This document shows positions 38,230-46,256 of a DNA stretch of 64,000 bases, piece by piece. The number at the start of each line of letters is the position of its first letter. The first letter of the stretch is position 1. The stretch comes from Podarcis bocagei (taxonomy: Eukaryota), in the NCBI GenBank assembly GCA_964188305.1, contig OZ076890.1, one strand, 5' to 3'. Both the position numbers and the translations under genes were made by a program. A model generated the notes under the pieces. That model was not told where the DNA came from and did no database searches. It worked only from the letters and a program-made list of their open reading frames with translations.

Positions 38230-40043
38230 GAGGACTTCCGGGTTGGCGCGATCTGGAAATGGCGGATTCCCTCCGAGGTGCGGAGGGAATCTGCTCAGCT
38301 GAGGACGGGTCTTGCCGCGCCGGCGACGCGGGGACCCTTAAAAACCGCAGGCGCTGAAGCCTGCGGACTGAAGACTCGGTGGGCGCCTTAAGCGCCCCCG
38401 ACTCACGAAGAGCCTTTTTAAAGGCTGCGGAGAGGGTACGGAGGGTGGCGTGGCGCTGAGAGTCGATCGCTACCTCGGTTGAGCGAAGCCGCGAGCCATG
38501 ACTGGAGAGCGCTGACTTCCTTCCTTGAAATTCGGACTGAAAAGAATAACCCGTGAGTAAGACGGAATTGGATTTTAAGAATCCCGTGAATTTGAGACGA
38601 CCGGGGGGTGTGCTAAAAGGAAGTCCGCACCCCCCCTTTTGCAGACGATCTAAAGCAACTACTTAAGAACTAAGCTGGAGAGCCTACCCTTTGTGGGGTG
38701 AGTTAAAAAAGATTTTAACTTCCAAGATTTGGCAAAAAGAAATTTTGAGCTGGAGAGTGGAGTTTTGGAAGCTTTCTTTCTGTTGTAAATAACCCCCCCT
38801 CCCGGGCCCGGGAGCGTCCTGTTTTTGAGCTTGTGGAAGAGGTGCGGAGTTTGACAGCTGTCAAAGCTGTCAAACGGACAGTTTAGAGTGGAAAAATTTG
38901 TTATTTAAGATCCCTCTGGACTAAAATGAGTTACAACTGATCTAAAATTGTTGGAAACAAAGTAATAACAATAAGTAAGAGGATTGTTGGAGAAAGATTA
39001 CCAAGTAACCAGATTCCCTCTAGGGGCAACTCTGTGAAACTACAATGGCTGTGGATGGAAAGTTACTAGTGGAAATCGAAAGAATGTTTCATTTTGTGGG
39101 AATCTTACAAGAGCAGAGTCTAGCTATGAATAAACAACTTATGATCTTGACTTCTGGAACAAGCAGCTCTGCTGATTGTATTGAGGACCTGAATGAGAAA
39201 GAATCCACAGCTGAATGGGAAATGATATCAAAAGAAGTGGAAGAGACTAAACAAGAAAAAGAGGAAATAAAGTTGGAAAGCACCAACCAGAAGCTGACAT
39301 CTGTGGAATATAAGCAAGGAGACTTTTGGATCATATCTACCACAAATCTGCGAAAGATGCAAAAGAAGAAGGAGGAGGCCCCAGGAGTTTATGGAATACA
39401 GGAACTTAAAATAAAGAAATATGATTGGGGCCTCCACTTTGACTCTGACTCTGAAGATGCAGGCCTTGTGGAAACTTTCCAGCAGCTGTTTTCAAATGCC
39501 CTTGTGGGAAGAGAATATGGTTGGATGGTGATAGAACTCTTTCGAGATTCGACGACCGACATAAAGGACTACCAACAAGACCGGCGGAGAGGGACTGAAA
39601 GAGACTTGAAAGCCTCGGACGTGAGGAACCCAGGCTAAGAACTGCTATTTTGGACATGTATTGGGGAAGGGACGAAAACTGGGGATGGGAGGGAGGGAAG
39701 AATAGAATTTTAAAAACACTCAAGATCTTTGGGTTTAGTTAATATGACCTTTATTTAAGACAAAATGGGGAATCGATGGAAGGGAATTTGAGTCCAACTT
39801 AGAAAAATTTATTTTTCTTTATGAAAGAGGTAATATTAAGATGGTTAAGAGGAGAAATACCAATTTGCTGACATAATTCTGGGAATTCGGATGCATGAAG
39901 GGGGGTGGGGGGAAGTCAGGGAACAAGGTTAGGAAAGTAAGATTTTCTGAAATTATACATGTTTTTGTCTTTTGTCTTTTTTGTGTGTAATTTGTCTTTA
40001 TAAAAGGTGAAAAACCAATAAAAATTTGTTTTTTTAAAAAAAA
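38230..40043 (+). mobile_element. Apparently full-length single-ORF L1-like retroposon lacking ORF2 (HAL1-like), 1814 bp
   Basis: Exact 18-bp TSD GATAATTTAATTGTTTTA at 38212-38229 and 40044-40061; 5' start GAGGACTTCCGG...AAATGGCG with CpG-rich 5' UTR; G-rich tract near 39900; AATAAA at 40017 and short A tail. Confidence 0.8.
39045..39638 (+). CDS. 197-aa ORF of the L1-like retroposon; putative shortened ORF1p-like (coiled-coil) protein
   Basis: Only long sense ATG ORF in the element; A-rich coding strand; E/K-rich helical segment followed by TTNLRK, weakly reminiscent of the ORF1p RxNNLR motif; homology not verified. Confidence 0.5.
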   Translation: MAVDGKLLVEIERMFHFVGILQEQSLAMNKQLMILTSGTSSSADCIEDLNEKESTAEWEMISKEVEETKQEKEEIKLESTNQKLTSVEYKQGDFWIISTTNLRKMQKKKEEAPGVYGIQELKIKKYDWGLHFDSDSEDAGLVETFQQLFSNALVGREYGWMVIELFRDSTTDIKDYQQDRRRGTERDLKASDVRNPG

Positions 40044-40269
40044 GATAATTTAATTGTTTTAAAAGCATCATGCTAAAGAGCTCTCTCCCACCCCCAGACC
40101 CTTGGGCAAAACAGAAACACACACATACACAAACACAGAGATTGAGCCCTGCAGGTTTTATGAAATGAATGGATTCTGAATGCCTGTTTCAGTGGCTTGT
40201 CCGCCTTAGGCTGCTGGGCCAGACACCTGTTACACGGTGCAGTCCGTAAGCTGTGAGCGCTGCTACCTG

Positions 40270-40567
40270 CCGCCAAGACCACGTAACGACAGTCTTGAAA
40301 GACCTACATTGGCTCCCAGTACCTTTCCGAGCACAATTCAAAGTGTTGGTGCTGACCTTTAAAGCCCTAAGCGGTTTCGGTCCAGTATACCTGAAGTAGC
40401 GTCTCCGCCACCATCGTTCAGCCCAGACACTGAGATCCAGTGCCAAGGGCCTTCTGGCAATTCCCTCACTGTGAAAAGTGAGGTTACAGGGAACCAGGCA
40501 GAGGGCCTTCTCGGTAGTGGCGCCCGCCCTGTGGAATGCCCTCCCATCAGACATCAAAGAGATAAAC
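40270..40567 (+). mobile_element. L2 LINE ORF2 C-terminal fragment (cargo of the composite hAT)
   Basis: Translates as ..VLKDLHWLPVPFRAQFKVLVLTFKAL.G.GP.YL.. and ..RAFSVVAPALWNALP..; ends abruptly at the internal hAT left end. Confidence 0.85.
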
Positions 40568-40689
40568 CAGTGTTTCCCAACCGGTGCGAGACGTTGCCTG
40601 GTGTGCCGTGGGAGGGAGGCGGGCGAGTCGGGCGGCGAGAGGCGGGGCGGCGGTGGCGGGGAGAGGCCGCCCAGCGCGGGGCTCTCGCC

Positions 40690-40943
40690 GTCTGCCTGCC
40701 TGCGTGGCACTGACGTCACGGGGCTGTAACGTGCCCCACATAGGCACACGCGGGGCGGCGAGCGAGCTCCCTCCCACATCCCATCGCCGCTCGCTTCGGC
40801 CGGCCTACTGGGCTGTCGCAGGCGGAAGGCCTGCGCATGCGCGAGGTTTTCGCGCCTTCGGGATTCCCTTCACGCCTTCCTCCTCCCGGGTCCTTGAGAG
40901 CGCGGGAAGCGGCAGCGCGAGACCGGCGTTGAGCCTGGTAGGT
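40690..40943 (+). promoter_or_regulatory. CpG-island promoter-like segment plus candidate non-coding first exon within hAT cargo
   Basis: CRE TGACGTCA 40711-40718, ETS-like GGCGGAAG near 40821, NRF1-like TGCGCATGCGC 40832-40842, donor-like CTG|GTAGGT at 40938 after which GC content drops. Confidence 0.45.
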
Positions 40944-42054
40944 ATTGCGCTTGCCAAGGCAGTCATTTGGGAAATGAAAACTTGCAAAGCAAGCAACCAG
41001 TTCAATCTGAAGTACGTGTATGCTTAATATCCTGTATCTGAAACCTGTTCTGCCCCCTCCCCCACACTTGGTGCCATTTTCATCTACGCATGCAGCAGAG
41101 TAAGTTGACCCAGAATAGTACCAATTCAGATGGCAGATGGGAGAATGACAGTGCTGAATGCTTTCCCATGTAGAACAGTCCCTGCAAATAAAAACCTAGC
41201 ATATTTGGAAGAGGGATGCTAGCCTAACCATTACCTTCTATGCTGTTACTATTTTTTTATTTTTTTTTTACATAAGTAAAAAGTGACCTTTCCCCATCTG
41301 GCATGGTGGTGTGCCTCGATATTTTTTTCATGAAACAAGTGTGCCTTTGCCCAAAAAAGGTTGGGAAACACTGACCTAACCTATCACCTTGATTACAGTG
41401 CAGACATTGATTCACAGTACAGACATTGCCGCATAGTTAACGTCTGTAATCCACATAGTAGCACAGGGAGTCCAATTATCATATATGGGATACATTTTCA
41501 CTGCTTTTTTAGATTTAAGTATTTCCAGGCTGATGTGCTTTTCTTTACCACGACCACGGATAAAAAATAAATTAAAAGAATGTCTATCATTTTGTGAAGT
41601 TTGGGGAGGAGGAATATATTCCCTAATGACATTATGCATACATAACTCAGTGAGGTTTTCAGCAAAAATGTTTTATGCATGATATTTTAAGAGCCATAGA
41701 AAACACAATATTAAAATTCTAAAGTGAAAAATAATGGCATTATGGCTCATTACATTTCCTATTGCAGTAATCTGAACTGTGAGTAAAGTACTGTCATCCT
41801 GTCATCTAATTCTGAAGGATCTGATGTGTTTTACACAGTGTCATTTACTGCACAGATATAACGAGCGTGGAGTGTTCCAGTTCTGAAGCAGATTGCAAAT
41901 GTTTCCTAACATTCACCTGAGAACAAGCTTCATTGGAAGCTAAATTATCAAGCACAAATGACACTAAAGGGGAGGGAGAAATTGTAAGTGAATAACAAGG
42001 CAGAGAAGTGAAGAAGCATTTGGGTTTCATAAGGAATCTCCTTCTAGTATACAG

Positions 42055-42233
42055 CAAGCTGTCTTATACCATGTTAGATTAGTTCCACCCTCCCTCCCCC
42101 AAACTATCTGTTCTGTCTAGCAGCAGCTCTCCGGGGTCTCATCACCTTTCTCATCACCTCCCTGATCTTTTAAACTGGAGATTCCAGAAACTGAACCAAG
42201 AACGCTCTGCATACAAAACATGGGTCTTTCCCA
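42055..42233 (-). mobile_element. Squam3-like SINE interrupted by the LTR
   Basis: AAGCTGTCTTATAC...CAGCAGCTCTCCGGGGTCTC...TTTTAAACTGGAGAT...TGAACC...CTGCATACAAAACA; appears to resume after 43620. Confidence 0.55.
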
Positions 42234-43620
42234 TGTTGGGGAGCAGCCTGTGAAGGTGAAGGGGTGGGGTTGCATTGTGCAAACCTAGCTATGGATCAAG
42301 TTGTCACCATATTCAAAGCCATATTCAAATTTGCCTGCAGTCTAACTGGGCCTGTCTGGGGTTTTGTCTACCTAATGGCAAATCGTGTCCTCCCTAAGAG
42401 AGGGCACATGTTGCGGTGAGACCTGGAGACCAACCTCCTGATTGTGGGTGGGGATACTGGACAGCCACAACACCTGATTGGTAGATCCCTCGTTGCTGGG
42501 TTTAATCTGGCCAATGGGGTGCATTCTAAACGGATCAAGGGACCTATATATATCTATGCACATGACCCAGAGCGTCCTCTTTTGGCTTGTGCATCGGAAC
42601 ACCCGCCCACCTCTCCCTACTTTTAGGGCACTTTGTAATTGACCTTGCTATGCTGCCGTGTGTCGTCTGTCGTTGGGACAGGGGCACGGCAGGAATTTTC
42701 CCCACTTGGCTGATTGGCTGTTGCCATTTGGGCTTCGCCTGCCGCGTAGCAAATCGTCACAACTTGTAAGCTTGTGGATAGGCACTGGTTCAGGTGATAG
42801 GGATGGGAGAATGGTCTCGCCACCCCTATGTGAAGGGTACAGTGGTGCCTCGCAAGACGAAATTAATTCGTTCTGCAAGTTTTGCCGTCTAGTGAATTTT
42901 TCGTCTTGCGAAGCACGGTTTAAACGGTTTAACAAAGTCGCAAGACGTTTTCGTCTTGCGAAGCAAGCCCATAGGGAAATTCGTCTTGCGAGGCAAATCG
43001 CGGACGAAAAAACCTTTCGTCTAGCGAGTTTTTTGTCTTGCGAGCCATTCGTCTTGCGAGGTACCACTGTATTCCGTTAAAGGAATCCAGGGATTCAATT
43101 TGGTTTGGTCAACCCCCAAGAGGGGGTTGTGCCCGTGCCTGAGTCCAGAGGAGCACCTGGGGAGTGAACAGAGTCTGTTCCCAGCCTTTTTGCCTACGCA
43201 GGTGTTCACCCTTGGTTGACCTATGCTGGTGCCATGGGTCAGTGCTGCCTGCAAGGATGCAGGAAGCTAGTCGAATCAGAGCCTATGCAACCACTCACTT
43301 TTCTGTAATCAATAAAGTTGTGGCCTAAATTCTGCCAAAAATCAAAACTAAAATTTGAGTCAAATGTGTATTTATTTAGGGGCAAGGTCTCTGGGTCTGA
43401 ACACACAACTGTCACAACTGCTTGGTGGACAAGGCATTGGCTTACATCCTTAGTTTAGGAAGGTGGTGGGCCAGAGCCCTAGGCCCCTTTCCCACTCTGA
43501 GAACTAGGGTACTCTGGTAAAGGGGTCCAGTGGGGGTGCCTCTGTCCAAATACCCATACAGGGGTTGACAGCCATCAGACCCCCTCCCCCAGTAACAGGC
43601 TGGTTGATTCAGGATGCACA
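42234..43620 (+). mobile_element. Solo LTR (Gypsy/ERV-type), ~1155 bp plus an inserted MITE
   Basis: TG...CA termini with 4-bp TSD CCCA (42230-42233, 43621-43624); TATA-like CCTATATATA near 42543; AATAAA at 43311; no coding region. Confidence 0.65.
42840..43069. mobile_element. Tigger/pogo-like MITE, family B, 230 bp, nested in the solo LTR
   Basis: TA|CAGTGGTGCCTCGCAAGACGAA ... TTCGTCTTGCGAGGTACCACTG|TA. Confidence 0.92.
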
Positions 43621-44801
43621 CCCAATACCTAAGCCAAAACCATATTACATCTGTAATCAATTAAGTTGTGTCTACGTAATCTCAAATGTCTTTATTACTT
43701 CTGTACATGGGAAACCCTGGCATTTTCAGCTCACGGCAATCTCATTTTCCAACTAATTATGACATTATTATTTTTCTGTCCCTTACATGATCCTCAGTAT
43801 TCTGTTTTGATAAAAACAAAGAAAATACATACACTATCTTTAATTACCTCATAAATATCATTTATTATGCTGAGCATGTTCTTCAGAAATTTATCTAGTA
43901 TCTTTCATTTTCTAACTGCAGACTAGAAAATTAATAAAAACCTTTTTTTTTGGTATGTGAACCAAGCACATTTTACTGTTTTAACTTTGTATAAGTGGTA
44001 TAACTTGTGGTGCAACTTTAAGTGGCTAATTTGAAGTGACCCTTTATTAATGGTCTCTTTCTTTGCAACTAAGCACTGATGAAATCAATACTATTGAAGA
44101 AAATAAACCAAATTTTAAATGAACTGCATAGTATTGTACATCTACTGCCATTAAATAATTATGCACATTGCAAAAGTAATATAGTTTTTGAATTTTTCCT
44201 CAGTATTAGAGATATACAGTATGTGTGAGCTTGCCCAATCCTGTGCCTACTGCCTGTAATGCTATCCATATATTTAGAGAATATCCTTGAATCACTTGGA
44301 AGTTTATCACAGATTGCTCAGAAACTGAGTAACACCTGCAGTGAAGTCCAGTAAAACAGGGGAAGGATACTACTTCAGATCCATTGGTCCATGTACCTCA
44401 GTAATGTATTGGCCTGAATATACCGTATTTTTCGCTCTATTGGACGCACCGGACCACAGGACGCACCTAGTTTTTAGAGGGGGAAATCAAGGGAAAAAAT
44501 ATTATCCTCCCCCCAGCCCCAAAGAGCAACGGACAGGCTGCATGCAGCCTGTCCACTTCTCCCAGAGCTTCTCCCAGACCCCCGGGTCCCCCCCCCAGCC
44601 CCAAAGAGCAAAGAAGCCAAGACAGCGCACGGGATCCATAGCCGCGCAACCTCTCCAGCCAGGAGCTAAACCTCTCCAGTGCAGCTAAAGAAGACAAGGC
44701 AGCAAGCGCGATCCATCCCGCTCACTGCCTTGGCTTCTTCTTTAGCCTTGCGCAGCATCTTTAGTCTTGCACAACGGGATGGACTGCGCCCGCTGTCCAC
44801 C

Positions 44802-45012
44802 GGGGCTGGACTAGATGACTCCTGGGGTTCCCTTTCAACCCTGCAATTCTATGACCTCGGAAGGTGTTTGGGGTCTCCACCACTGGAGGCTTTTAAGCAG
44901 CGGTTGGGGGACCATCTGCCTGGCGTTCTTTAGCTGTGATTCCTACATTGTGAGGGGGCTGGGCTAGATGACCCTTGGGTGGCCCTCCCAACTCTATACA
45001 GTCCTACAGTTC
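44802..45012 (+). mobile_element. Two tandem CR1 3'-end fragments inside the Tc2-like element
   Basis: GGGGCTGGACTAGATGAC...TTCAACCCTGCAATTCTATGA, then CTGGAGGCTTTTAAGCAG...GGGCTAGATGACC...CCAACTCTA. Confidence 0.7.
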
Positions 45013-45156
45013 TGCGGCAGGAGATCCACAGCCACTTCAGACAATGCCCACTCCCAATTTTCATCTGAGAGACATGTGTCTCTCAGTACCCCCCCTACCT
45101 GCCACACTTCCCCCACCCCACTTAAGCTGAGGGAATTCCTGCCCAGAGAAACTCCC

Positions 45157-46256
45157 AGCAATCAAGGAGGAGGAATCCGCTGCAGCCGTGAGCAGCGAAG
45201 AGGATCCATGGTCCCCTTCCTTCCCTCCTCCGTGGTTGCTTTGAAGCAGGAAAGTGGGAGAGGAGCTGCTTACACGAGTGTAAGCTGCTCCCCTCCCACA
45301 TTGCCGCTTCAAAGCAATCACGGAGGAGGGAATCCGCTGAAGCCTCCAGCAGCGAAGAGGATCCATGGTCCCCTTCCTTCCCTCCTCCATGGTTGCTTTG
45401 AAGCAGGAAAGTGGGAGAGGAGCTGCTTACACGAGTGTAAGCTGCTCCCCTCCCACATTGCCGCTTCAAAGCAATCACGGAGGAGGGAATCCGCTGAAGC
45501 CTCCAGCAGCGAAGAGGATCCATGGTCCCCTTCCTTCCCTCCTCCGTGGTTGCTTTGAAGCAGGAAAGTGGGAGAAGAGCTGCTTACAGGAGTGTAAGCT
45601 GCTCCCCTCCCACATTGCCGCTTCAAAGCAATCACGGAGGAGGGAATCCGCTGAAGCCTCCAGCAGCGAAGAGGATCGATGGTCCCCTTCCTTCCCTCCT
45701 CCGTGGTTGCTTTGAAGAAGGAAAGTGGGAGAGGAGCTGCTTACACGAGTGTAAGCTGCTCCCCTCCCACATTGCCGCTTCAAAGCAATCACGGAGGAGG
45801 GAATCCGCTGAAGCCTCCAGCAGCGAAGAGGATCCATGGTCCCCTTCCTTCCCTCCTCCGTGGTTGCTTTGAAGAAGGAAAGTGGGAGAGGAGCTGCTTA
45901 CACGAGTGTAAGCTGCTCCCCTCCCACATTGCCGCTTCAAAGCAATCACGGAGGAGGGAATCCGCTGAAGCCTCCAGCAGCGAAGAGGATCGATGGTCCC
46001 CTTCCTTCCCTCCTCCGTGGTTGCTTTGAAGAAGGAAAGTGGGAGAGGAGCTGCTTACACGAGTGTAAGCTGCTCCCCTCCCACATTGCCGCTTCAAAGC
46101 AATCACGGAGGAGGGAATCCGCTGAAGCCTCCAGCAGCGAAGAGGATCCATGGTCCCCTTCCTTCCCTCCTCCGTGGTTGCTTTGAAGCAGGAAAGTGGG
46201 AGAAGAGCTGCTTACACGAGTGTAAGCTGCTCCCCTCCCACATTGCCGCTTCAAAG
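45157..46256. repeat. Tandem array, 7 x 157 bp
   Basis: ATGGTCCCCTTCC recurs at 45208, 45365, 45522, 45679, 45836, 45993 and 46150; units 2-7 differ at only a few positions. Confidence 0.97.

Larger units (their letters stand above)
37359..41373 (+). mobile_element. Composite non-autonomous hAT element, 4015 bp, with an internal second left end at 40568
   Basis: Same 15-bp TIRs as 36215-37265; exact 8-bp TSD ACCTAACC at 37351-37358 and 41374-41381; the ~70-bp right end is nearly identical to 37195-37265. Confidence 0.92.

Noticed and set aside
45157-46256. CRISPR-like array
   Set aside because: Whole units, including linkers, are near-identical; no unique spacers, no cas genes, eukaryotic context.
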